A stretch of 64,000 nt of DNA, taken from Octopus bimaculoides (Eukaryota). A program made the translations under genes and the position numbers. The stretch covers positions 48,621,308 to 48,685,307 of the forward strand of contig NC_068982.1 in NCBI RefSeq assembly GCF_001194135.2. The letters run 5' to 3'. Positions 51,827-62,599 of this stretch are shown one piece after another. The notes under the pieces were generated by a model that had not been told where the DNA came from, did no database searches, and saw nothing but the letters and a program-made list of their open reading frames with translations. Position 1 is the stretch's first letter. Each line of letters opens with the position of its first letter.

Positions 51827-53445
51827 TAAATTAAAAACGTAAAAATAAAAACAGAACACAAAGGATTCCGCAGTACACGTGTTTCAAGCTTTATAGTCGT
51901 TGCATCATTATATTGGTATATAATTGATAGACAGGATGGTATAAAGCTATCTTCAGCCACAAATATATTCTTTCCCAAGTATTATATCACAAAGAAGAAG
52001 TCACCAAGAAAAAAAGTAAAAGAGAGAGAAACATGAGAGATAAAAAGTGGGAGCACACTTGGTATTGTCCATTGTCATATCCATTGTAATATACATTGTA
52101 ATATGTTTATCCTTTAAGTTGATACATTTACATAAAAGTTCATTGGTATTCCGAAATCTGTCCATATTGTGCCACAATTCAGGTGCTTATAATTATCAAG
52201 TATTACCTCTAAAATTTACCTTACATACATACATACATACATACAACAGGCTTCTTTCAGTTTATCAAATCCATTCACAAGGCTTTGGTTAGCTTGGGGC
52301 TACAGTAAAAGACACTTGCCCAAAGTGCCATGAAGCAGGACTGAACCTGGAAGCATGTAGCTAGGAAACAAACTACTTCCCACAGAGTCATGCCTGCACC
52401 TAACTTTAAAGAAGATATCTTGTTAATTATCATTATCATCTCCTGTAGAGTTTTAGAATACTTGTGTGTGCACACACATATATACAAACATATACATGCA
52501 CACACACAAATAAAAAATATATAAAGCTAGACAAAAAGAAAAATAAATGAAACTGATTCTTATCTAACTGTTTATCTTTATCTCTCATACAGAGGTTGCA
52601 GTTCCTTTGATTTCTATGCAAAATAACAAACACCCTTCAGACATAACTAAAATTTTTCTATCATCAAAGACAATACAGTTGCATAGCTGCTATCAATAAT
52701 TACAGCATGTTGCTTCTATACACACAATTTAGCATTTTTACACCCTTTTTTGTATCTCTTCTGTCACTTTCTCCTTTACTCTTTCTTCACAATCATTAAC
52801 TGATCCCCTTTTATTTCAAAACTGTTCCTAAATTTTATATGTGAGTTCCCATTCAGAGATGTAATATTTTTTTGTTTTTGGTGGGTGTTGGACAAAAAAC
52901 ATTATTCATTTTCTATGCAGGAGTATTCAGTTTTTCGGTTTCATTTCTAAAAATGTGTTTTACTGCCTGCTATCTTTGACACTTCCATTTGATCATTAAA
53001 TATATATACATTCTTTTACTCATTTACTTGTTTCAGTCATTTAACTGCAGCCTTAAAGGGTTTTTAGTCAAAGAAATTGACCTCAGGACTTATGTTTTGT
53101 AAACTTAGTACTTATTCTATCAGTCTCTTTTGCCGAACTGTTAAGTTACAGGGATGTAAACACTCCAACATTGGTTATCAAATGATGGTGGAGGGCAATT
53201 AACACCTTCGTTACAATATTAATTTCAACCATTTGTTATGTTTGTTACCCAGTACCACAAATTTCTATCCTATTTTACTGTTGTCTAGAAAATATTCCTT
53301 CTCATCCATTTTGTAAACATTATAAATACCTGTTAAGGTTATCTCTTCAGATATTCCATAGAAATTATAGCCAGTGCCGATTTTTGTTATGTTTCGTATA
53401 TGAGACATCAGATGTAAACAAAGAATGTGATCGAAGATGAAAAGA

Positions 53446-53507
53446 GGTTAAGAGTGTATATGCCATATTTCGGGGGTTTCTGCCCCTTCATCAGCACCCA
53501 TCTAACC
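53446..53507 (-). ncRNA. Type I hammerhead ribozyme motif, intact core with one extra A
   Basis: Minus strand: stem I GGGTG/CACTC extended by GGTTAG/TTAACC; core CTGATGA (53494-53488) then A; stem II GGGG/CCCC; GAAA (53471-53468); stem III ATATG-G-CATAT (self-complementary); AUA triplet, predicted cut between 53457 and 53456. Confidence 0.7.
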
Positions 53508-53851
53508 CTTTAATCATCTTCAAACACATTGCTTAAATAGCCACTATATACAACGGTGTAATGTTATTGGATATACCAATTTTACATATTAAACACATTG
53601 CTGGAAGCTGGTATGTACAAGTCATTAGAATTATAAATACCGACCAAATGAATTCATTAATTCTTTTATCACAGAAATCAGATACATCCACACAAAATTC
53701 TATTATCCTTAACTACAAAAAGCAGTTCTTTTTATACCAATCTGTCTTTTGTTACGGAAAGCCAAGTTTGTAACTATATTTTGTGAAGATATGCCAAGTT
53801 GATCAAGAAACACTACTTGCAGAAAATACCAATTCTATTTTTTAGTAGATA

Positions 53852-53881
53852 CTAGCAATGTACCCCTGTGTTGCCCGGGTA
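53852..53881 (-). mobile_element. Helitron-type 3' terminus (GC hairpin plus CTAG|T)
   Basis: Minus strand TACCCGGGCAACACAGGGGTA hairpin, then CATTG-CTAG followed by T. Confidence 0.6.
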
Positions 53882-54039
53882 TTATGACCTACAGCCATAC
53901 ACCTACACATGCACACACACACACACATGTCAATGTCACCAGCCTCCTTCCACACGCACATACATGCTCTCACATACACACACATGCGGACATTCGTTTT
54001 GGGATCACAACTACTTTATTATCTCCCCTTCTTTCTAGC

Positions 54040-54257
54040 TCTCCTGTGTGACCCCTCTGTCCAGCATTCACCATGATAGATCACTAGCCACTAACCTTTT
54101 TCTGTTTTCTCTCCCTTTTTATTTCTGTGTTCCTTTCTGTCAAAGAGTGTAGGCTTGAAACATAAAAGACTTTCTCACTTCCTGAGTGTTAAACTAATAC
54201 ATCTGTTTGTTGTTTACACACCCGTCTTCATCTTTTGTTTTTTTGTAAATTCTCACT
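54040..54257 (+). mobile_element. Penelope-like terminal repeat remnant with a decayed hammerhead (54133-54168)
   Basis: CTTT-CTGTCAA-A-GAGT-GTAG-GCTT-GAAA-CATA-AAAG keeps hammerhead topology but the core is mutated; ends in (TA)n. Confidence 0.45.
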
Positions 54258-54321
54258 ATATATATATATATATATATAAATTTAAGGAATGGAGAAAACG
54301 CATGTTATAATTGCATACTTT

Positions 54322-54407
54322 ATTCCTACATATGTTTCAAAGGATTACAACCTATGTGATCCATAGGGATCTGTGATATTAAAATTGTAACCTTCTCTTC
54401 AGGGAAT
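54322..54407 (-). ncRNA. Mirror copy of the same hammerhead on the minus strand
   Basis: Exact reverse complement of 54483-54568 within the left palindrome arm. Confidence 0.8.
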
Positions 54408-54482
54408 GCATGGGAATCATCTTAAATGTAAGACATTATAACCGAGTATCATAATGTCTTACGTTTAAGATGATTCCCATGC

Positions 54483-54568
54483 ATTCCCTGAAGAGAAGGT
54501 TACAATTTTAATATCACAGATCCCTATGGATCACATAGGTTGTAATCCTTTGAAACATATGTAGGAAT
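54483..54568 (+). ncRNA. Type I hammerhead ribozyme, canonical core, palindromic stem III
   Basis: Stem I ATTCC(54483-87)/GGAAT(54564-68); CTGAAGA 54488-94; stem II GAAGGTTACAA/TTGTAATCCTTT (one bulge) enclosing a further hairpin; GAAA 54552-55; stem III palindrome ACATATGT 54555-62; GUA triplet, cut after 54563. Confidence 0.8.
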
Positions 54569-54820
54569 AAAGTATGCAATTATAACATGCGTTTTCTCCA
54601 TTCCTTAAATTTTTAAATATACTCAAATACCCAAAATTTCAAGGAGTTCCTGCCTTAAAAACAGGAACTACACCACAGTTATTTTGTGTTCTTTGCTACA
54701 TTGGTTTCTATTAACCCATTTATTCTATCCGAAGAATTTTTATTCATTAAGATAGAAGAAATACATATAATTAAATATATATATATATATATATATACAT
54801 ACATACTCAATTTTTTAATT

Positions 54821-56683
54821 CAATGCACTCCGGCATTGCCCGGGGTCATTGATAACAATAACACCACAACCAACTGGTACTGCAGTACATGTCTCTGATA
54901 AGGAAAAATTGATTTGAAACTGTACGAATCAGTGAACACGGTGTGCATCCCATGGCAGACTCATGTGTGTATGTGATCTTAATTTGCCCTTGATAGATGC
55001 ATGGTGTTGTTGTCTTCACCGAGGTTATCAGGTCAGACATCTGTTTTTCATCACACCACCTGTGTTATAGTACATGTTCAACCACTGTGAAACATAGGGA
55101 GATTGTAGCAAAATCTTTGTGAACATTGTGGCTTATGGAATGAAAAATGAGCATGAATATATATACTAATAACAATAAGCAACTTTGCATAAATTGGGTT
55201 GAATGTTAAAGGCAAAAAGGCTCGAATGGTTTTAGTCATTGCTTCACAACTTTACCACACTTGAATGAATATAGGCTTTTACTGTGCATAATCCTTGGGG
55301 AAATTTTATTGAATTTAAACCTGTAAATGCTCCTTTGGCATTCCTGAGTCGTTTGCTACCAAGAAAATTTACATTGACACATAGTTTTTGGTAGTAATGC
55401 CAGAAGCGAAAAACAGGGCTTTGTGCAAAGAAATGGTATCACAATACTTCAAAGACATTGTTTATCTTAGAATACTGAAAACTTCACTTTGGCAGTTTAG
55501 TTGTGGTAACGGAAAGTAACGGAAACTAACGGAAAGTAATGGAAACTAACGGAAAGTAACGGAAAGTAACGGAAACTAATGAAAATAACGGAAAGTAATG
55601 GAAAGTAACGGAAACTAACGGAAGCGAAAAATAGGGCTTTGTGCAAAGAAATGGTATCACAATACTTCAAAGACATTGTTTATAATAGAATACTGAAGAC
55701 CTTCACATTGGCAGTGTAGTTGTGGCACAAAGGCTACTATTAATGGAAAATACCAATAATTAATGTAAACTAATGGAAACTAACGGAAAGTAACGGAAAC
55801 TAACGGAAAGTAACGGAGACTAACGGAAAGTAACGGGAAGTAACGGAAACTAACGGAAAGTAACGGAGACTAACGGAAAGTAACGGAGACTAACGGAAAG
55901 TAACGGAAACTAACGGAGACTAACGGAAAGTAACGGAAACTAACGGGAAGTAACGGAAAGTAACGGAAACTAACGGAAAGCAACGGAAACTAACGGAAAG
56001 TAACGGAGACTAGCGGAAACTAATGGAGACTAACGGAAAGTAACGGAGACTAACGGAAAGTAACGGAAACTAACGGAAAGTAACGGAAACTAACGGAGAC
56101 TAACGGAAAGTAACGGAAAGCAACGGAAACTAACGGAGACTAACGGAAAGTAACGGGAAGTAACAGAAACTAACGGAAGCAAAAAATAGGGCTTTGTGTA
56201 AAGAAATGGTATCACAATACTTCAAAGACATTGTTTATAATAGAATACTGAAGACCTTCACATTGGAAGTTTAGTTGTGGCACAAAGGCTACTATTAATG
56301 GAAAATGTGCCAATAATTGTTCCAGAAAAGCATGTGTTTTGGTCATTTTTCCATTGAAAAAATAGAGTTATGTCCATCACAAATGCACTCATAACATTCC
56401 TTGTACATTGTTGCTTTTTTTGACACTAAAAACGTTGCAATGTAGATTAGAAGTAAATTCAAATATTACCCAAAAATGAATTCTAAATTGTGCGACCACA
56501 CCTCGTTTGTGAGCTTATTTTTGTAGTAAAAATGAGTTGTTGTGCAAAAAATATACTTCATTTGGTAGCTGAAAGATTATTGAGTCTTTTGATACCTCAT
56601 ACTTCAAAATCAGCTGCTCAGTTTTCAAATCTATAAGGAACATACAACACACACACACAGAAACTCTGTTTTATACATATAGA
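54821..56683 (-). mobile_element. Helitron-like non-autonomous element with internal minisatellite
   Basis: Minus strand starts TCTATATGTATAAAA followed by (TG)n at 56683, and ends in a hairpin CCCCGGGCAATGCCGGAGTGCATTG similar to the 53852-53881 terminus but without an intact CTAG. Confidence 0.55.
55403..56306. repeat. Higher-order minisatellite: three ~105-bp spacers alternating with arrays of 10-bp TAACGGA(A/G)A(G/C)
   Basis: Spacer GAAGC.AAAAA.AGGGCTTTGTG.AAAGAAATGG...AGTTGTGG at 55403, 55621 and 56176; arrays at 55507-55620 (~11 units) and 55771-56175 (~40 units). Confidence 0.95.
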
Positions 56684-57309
56684 ATATTTAGCATCATTAC
56701 AGGAATAACCATGAAATTTAATTTAATTCAATTAAAGGACTAATAAATTTTCACTTTTCAGAAATGGCCAACAACCAATTATATACATATATAAAACATA
56801 CAGAAGACCAAATAGAATAAAGCCTGTCCTTACAGTTACACTGCATTCATTATCAGTCAATCAGTTCAGTGTCACAAGTATGATAAAGTTAAAGTAAGGG
56901 GATTAATGAAGGGCTGGGTCTATGAAATAAAGGTAATAACATTTCTAAAATATGAGCTTGTGTGTCATGAGAGGAGTGGCTTAGGGCATTTCAAGTTGGT
57001 TCTTTTTTCAAAAAGTATCAAAAGGATGTTGACTGGAAGGCTGGGAATTTCATGATAAATGTGGCAAATGCTGTCAAACCTGTATTATTTTCTCAATTAA
57101 TTTCACTAATTAATAAGTAATTTATTTTGTTGGGGGAAAGAGTCACACCAAGCTGTATGTACAGTAAGATTTGAATGCAGTGTTGTGTTCATATAACCTA
57201 CACAAGGACATGAGCAGAGCCTGAATTTCAACCATGGATGGTTTCATTTATTAAGATGCCTCCACTATGTATTAATTGCTTAATTTGAAAAGAAATTTGA
57301 AAAAAATCT

Positions 57310-57959
57310 TTTATCTCTTATCTTGTACTTGTTTCAGTCATTAGACTGTGGCGATGCTGGGGGCACTACCTCAAATCATTTTAATCAAATGAATCCAAAT
57401 CCAGTACTTATTATTTTTTTGCAAAGTACTTTTTCAATATTCTTTCTCTTTCCACCAAATTTTTGACAATACCTCTCTGTTACCTTTTCAATAGTAAAAG
57501 GCTTTCAAATAATTTAGATTTTGAAATCTCTACTCAATGAAAGGGCCACAGAAAAACAGTGTGGTGGAAAGTGTTGGGAGCAAAGAACAGCTGGTGAGCA
57601 TCTTTACAAGTTTTAATTACATGACTCTTCTGAAATATAACAATGATTTAGAATTCTTCTAATCAAATCCTTGCTAAGCTGTACAATGAGATGCGACAGG
57701 AATACTAATTTTATTGTTGTAGCTGATTTGTTACTGACAGCAGACCTTTGAAAAGAGTTCATAAACATGTTTACGAAGTTGCTATGCTATGAAGAATGAA
57801 AAAAAGCTAACACTTGTGGCATGTGCCTCTCTCTCATGAGAGAGCAATAAAGAATTTTACATCAGTCTCTATTGCTGAACTGCTAATTTACAGAGATGTA
57901 AACACACCAACACCAGTTCTCAAGAGGTAGTGGGGCACAAGGATATACACAAAAACATA

Positions 57960-57996
<37 letters not shown>

Positions 57997-58090
57997 CAGA
58001 CTTCTTTCAGCTTTTCAGTTGCATCTACTAAATCCACTCACAAGGCTTTGATTGGCCCAAGGCTACAGTAGAAGAAATTTGCCCAAGATG
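57310..58090 (-). mobile_element. SINE family 1 split by a ~415-bp insertion
   Basis: SINE tail 57310-57430 stops at AGTACTT and resumes at about 57857 (TCAGTCTCTATTGCTGAACTGCTAA). Confidence 0.7.
57431..57844. repeat. Direct repeat copy 1 (copy 2 at 58629-59042)
   Basis: Colinear, roughly 90-95% identical by eye. Confidence 0.93.
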
Positions 58091-58271
58091 TCGTGTATCT
58101 TGTGTGTGAGTTCCAAAGGTACAGGAAACTTATATATACACAATTCTGCTTAAATAATGGAACTGCAAATACAATATCCTTACATATCACACGTCTGTTT
58201 TCATTCTTCCACTCCACTCTGTATTTCATATCTTCTCTATAATAACTATTACTTAAAGATTTTCCTGCACT

Positions 58272-58320
58272 GTCTCTGATGAAAGGATATATAAAATATC
58301 CTGGAAACAGCTGTAAAGAC
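58272..58320 (+). ncRNA. Minimal type I hammerhead motif, same family as 435-482, canonical CUGAUGA
   Basis: Stem I GTCT/AGAC; CTGATGA 58276-82; stem II AGGATAT-ATAAA-ATATCCT flanked by unpaired A and G; GAAA 58304-07; stem III ACAGCTGT; GUA triplet; one extra A at 58316. Confidence 0.62.
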
Positions 58321-58628
58321 CTTCTCTTTCTAAATGTTCTGAAAACTATACACAGCCTTGGATTTTTTAATCTTATTCTGTTAATTTATATATATATATA
58401 TATATATGATGGGTTTCTTTCAGTTCCCATCAACCAGGTCTACTCACAGGGCTTTAGTGAACCTGGTGCTATAGCTGAAGACACTTCCTCAAAGCACCAC
58501 TCAATAGAACTGAACCTGGAACCAAGTGGCTGGGAAGCAAACTTCTTAGACACCATATGTTGCAACGAATATTATGTTTTGGAGGAGTTATAAGATTAGA
58601 AACTTTACACAAAGTAACTGGTTGTTGT

Positions 58629-59042
58629 TTTTCTATATTCTATCTCTTTCCACCAAATTTTTTACAATACCTCTCTGTGGTCTTTTCAATGGTAAAAACT
58701 TTCAAATAATTTAGGTTTAGAAATCTCTACTCATTGAAAGGGCCACAGAAAAACAGTGTGGTGGAAAATGTTGGGAGCAAAGAACAGCTGGTGAGCATCT
58801 TTACAAGTTTTAATTACATGACTCTTCTGAAATATAACAATGATTTAGAATTCTCCTAATCAAACCCTTGCTAAGCTGTACAATGAGATGCAACAGGAAA
58901 ACTAATTTTATTGTTGTAGCTGATTTGTTATTGACAGCAGACCTTTGAAAATAGTTCATAAGCATGTTTACAAAGTTGCTATGCTATGAAGAATGAAAAA
59001 AAAGCTAACACTTGTGGCATGTGCCCCTCTCTCAAGAGAGAG
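58629..59042. repeat. Direct repeat copy 2; possibly a very decayed piggyBac-like transposase segment on the minus strand
   Basis: Duplicate of 57431-57844. Minus strand gives SMSRDF and LNYLKVF..KTTERYCKKF, loosely like piggyBac MSR.RF..I..YLRFD. That assignment is weak; the confidence value refers to the repeat. Confidence 0.9.
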
Positions 59043-59244
59043 AAATAGAGGATACAGAAGTGGCATTGTCTTGATTGCAAGATTGTGAATGAAGGAAATA
59101 AATGAAAAAATTAATATGGAGGAAAATCTCCTCCAATTCCAGAAACCATGATACAATTTTACTGGTGTAACCTGAACAATGTAGCAAACATTTAAAAAAA
59201 AATTTTTTTATTGGGATTAGTTTTTCAGTGATGGAGAAGAAGTT

Positions 59245-59472
59245 TTAACCCTTTAGCATCTAAACTGGCCATATCTGGCCCTGATATTCTACAGGCTTTG
59301 TGTTCAAAGTAGTCAGACCTGACCTCTCACACCTCCCTTACATTGAAATTTTGATAATGTGATTGCCTATTTTCAAAATGACAAAGCTATGAGAGATTGC
59401 ATGATTAATTTAAAACATTTTTTATAAATATGCATTATATTTGACACAGTAATCTGAATGTTAAAGGGTTAA
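59245..59472. mobile_element. piggyBac-type MITE, 220 bp between TTAA duplications
   Basis: TTAA|CCCTTTAGCAT (59245) ... ATGTTAAAGGG|TTAA (59472). Confidence 0.85.
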
Positions 59473-60198
59473 ATTTGACAGAGTAAGCTGAATGCTAGAG
59501 TTCAATTTGACAGAGTTTAATTTTGACAGCGTAACCTGAATGCTAAAGGGTCAAATATGTAACTGAGATCTGAATAGGGTAGAAAATATTTGACTGATGT
59601 TGCAGACATTGTCGATTATATTTCTCATCAATAGTGATGATACTGCAAAGACTACCATTAGTTCATCGATCAACTAAACTATACCTTCTTTTACCAACAA
59701 CACAACTACCCTTCCAGCTATTACTACCACTTGATAATGGTGTAGTTGGTGCTGTGAGGTTTCAATATTTCTAGATATAAGTTTTAAGGTCTGAAATATC
59801 AAAGATGATATATAAAGCAAAACAAAACAAAAAAAAACGAAATCCCCCAGTGACTATCAGAAGTAAGTGCAGTACTTACCTAATGGTATTAGATCACATC
59901 AGTAGAAGGAGGGAGGAGAATATATGAAACATATTGGTATGTGAATCTTGTCATCTATTTAAAAAACATCCAATGATGAATGCAGTCCTACAAAAATAAA
60001 AAAAATAAATATAAGATAAGATTTCAAAAATGTTACCTAGACTAGACTGCCAATAAAACAAATAAAAAATATTTTTGCTGCAGTGTTCAAAAGCAGTTTT
60101 GTTACTCCATGTTGATAGGAACAAGGAAGGAAATATATACAATTACATATACAATTATACACACACAAACACACACACACATATATATATATATGATG

Positions 60199-60257
<59 letters not shown>

Positions 60258-61718
60258 TTTACATTTCCTTATCAAGTCTTACTTGCATAATTAATACGTA
60301 ATGGTGGTAGTGGAGGTGGTAGTGGAGGATGACGATGGTGGTAGTGGAGGTGGTGAGGGATATTCCCCTAATTTAATGTCATCACCATGCTGATGAGGAA
60401 ACAGATAAGAATGAATTAAAGGAGGAAAATAGTTGAAAAAGGTAAAAAAAAAACAAACAAACTCAAAAGCTATGATAACAATAATAATCTTAATGATTGC
60501 TATGATGATGATAATGAGAATGATGATGTCAATATAGAGAAGCATGGAGAGAGGATGATTTTTATATTTTCAGTGTAATAACGATGATTTCATTATGTTT
60601 GATTCATTAATATTTTAACTGCAACAATACAATGTCAAAGTGTTAGTTTTAGAAAGAGAGAGGGGGGGACAGAGAGAGAGAGAGAGAGAGAAAGAAGGAA
60701 ATAAAAAGCAGAGAGAGAGAGATAAATAAAGGGGTTAGAGGGAAAGATTAATTTGTCAATGGCAAATAAATTGATAAATAGAGTATAATGATTTAAGTGG
60801 GGTTACAAAATCAATAGCTTGAACTGTGAGCTAATATGCTTTGGAAGTTAAAGCGAGAAGGGAAATTCACCAATCAATGAGGAATAATAAGAGCAAATAA
60901 TTAGAAACCATTTCTTTACAGAATAACAGAAATAATATTATAGATAATAATGTTGATTATGATATAACATTCTACTAGTCTTTTAATTAACTTTTGAATG
61001 TCAGAGGCGTGTTAGATGTGTTTTGGCAGTGGTTTTAAAACAGTTGATATACATTAGTGTATTTTTCATAGATTATTCAGTACTTGTGTGCTGGGTATGA
61101 TTTTAAACTGCCTCTGGCTGTGAGACCCTGGTTCGGGAATTCCATGGTTTTGAGAAGTGTGGAACCCCTCGTTAGCTAATGTTTCCAGGCCTACACTGAC
61201 TGAGAGTAGTAACATTTGTCTGAGTCTTCTTGTCATCAGCAGTGATGGCATTAACTCATGAGCCTCTTCCTCCTGATGAGTGTGAAGGGTGCTGGTGCCT
61301 GAGGTGGCTACTCAGGACAAAGGTGGTATAGAAGTGTTGGGAGCATTTATCATAGGCGAAAGTTGGCTGGAAATGAGGAAGAGTGAGTCACTCTTTGCAT
61401 CTTCAGCTTTTAACCACCTGAGCCAGGTACATTGAAACCATAGGATGCAGCATGGTGGATGTGAACTCAGAGCATCAATGGCAAACATCAACAGATCTTG
61501 AGCAGATGAACAGATAACAAAATTGTCAAGCAGTTCAGTTGGCAAACAATTGCTGTCATCTGTAGTCATGGCATATGCAAATGAGACATTTCAGCCCACA
61601 GATAACCAATGTGATGAAAACTCAAGCCAAACATTTATGCTGCATTCTTGGGGTTTGGATAATTCACTTTTGGAAACATGGGCGTTTTGTTCAACATCCT
61701 TAAACAAGCCTTATTCAG

Positions 61719-61947
61719 GGACCTTTTGAGCAGGATGGGCTACTCGACCTGAAGAAAATTCTAACTGGGGCCCCACCTGCAAGATCATGTGCTGTTTATA
61801 TTGATATAAGATCACGATGTTGTGCACATATGGTTGTGATGAATGTGCCTGGTGTACCCTCATCAGACGGGTAGTCATGAAGGGTATACTGGGCTTCATA
61901 TATTTTACCCCAGTGTCACTTTGATGGCACGCACTGCTCAGTCACTC

Positions 61948-61978
<31 letters not shown>

Positions 61979-62000
61979 GTAATAATAATAATATTAATAA
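61719..62000 (+). mobile_element. Retroelement 3' end with (AAT)n tail
   Basis: Body shared with the SINE at 8061-8345; ends CTCAGTCACTC followed by (AAT)n from 61948. Confidence 0.6.
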
Positions 62001-62211
62001 TGGTTTCAGATTTTGGCACAAGGCCAGCAATTTTGGGGTAGGGGTTAAATCGATTACATTAGCCCCAGTGTTCAACTGATACTTCTTTAATGAACCCCTG
62101 AAAGGATGAGAGGCAAGCTGACCACAGTGGAATTTGAACTCAGAATATAAAGACATGAAATATTGCTAAGCACTTTACCCAGTGTGCTAATGATTCTACT
62201 AGCTCACTGCT
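62001..62211 (-). mobile_element. SINE family 2 inserted in (TAA)n
   Basis: Reverse complement of the family-2 head and tail; (TAA)n on both sides. Confidence 0.75.
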
Positions 62212-62221
62212 TTTGATGATG

Positions 62222-62252
<31 letters not shown>

Positions 62253-62270
62253 TAACCACAGCAATTATAA

Positions 62271-62593
62271 AATTTGGAGCATGTGTATAATAATAAGAAG
62301 AATTTGGAGCATGCGAACAGTAAAGGTCATGCCTATAATAATTGGTGCATTGAGAACAGTAAGCAAAGATATAGACAAATGGCTGAGGGAGAATGAAATA
62401 AAATACCTACTTGAGCTCCAACAGAAAGTTTGTCTCTTAGAGATAGGAAGGATATTCAGGAGGGTCCTAAGCACTTAAAAAAGACTGCTGGAAACTTGTG
62501 GATACCTAAGGTTACAAGTAATAATCTGCTTTCCACATAATCCCTACCAAGAATAAGACTGAACCTGAGACAAACCAAAATAATAATAATAAT
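62271..62593 (+). mobile_element. 5'-truncated R4/Dong-type element (REL C-terminus plus 3' UTR) between (TAA)n tracts
   Basis: RRIWSMRTVKVMPIIIGALRTVSKDIDKWLRENEIKYLLELQQKVCLLEIGRIFRRVLST* matches the R4/Dong C-terminus (RLW...V.PI.IGALG.V...LQK..LLGTARILRKVL); (TAA)n at 62222-62250 and 62579-62593. Confidence 0.85.
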
Positions 62594-62599
62594 GCTATC

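Larger units (their letters stand above)
54278..54612. repeat. Near-perfect palindrome: 162-bp arms, 11-nt spacer
   Basis: 54278-54439 is the reverse complement of 54451-54612 with one difference (T54427 opposite G54463); spacer AACCGAGTATC. Confidence 0.97.

Noticed and set aside
54630-54690. Hairpin AGTTCCTG/CAGGAACT followed by GAAA on the minus strand, a possible further hammerhead
   Set aside because: No recognisable CUGANGA core or stem I and III partners.
55403-56306. CRISPR-like alternation of repeat and spacer
   Set aside because: The long units are identical rather than unique spacers, the short units are a 10-bp minisatellite, the context is eukaryotic and there are no cas genes.
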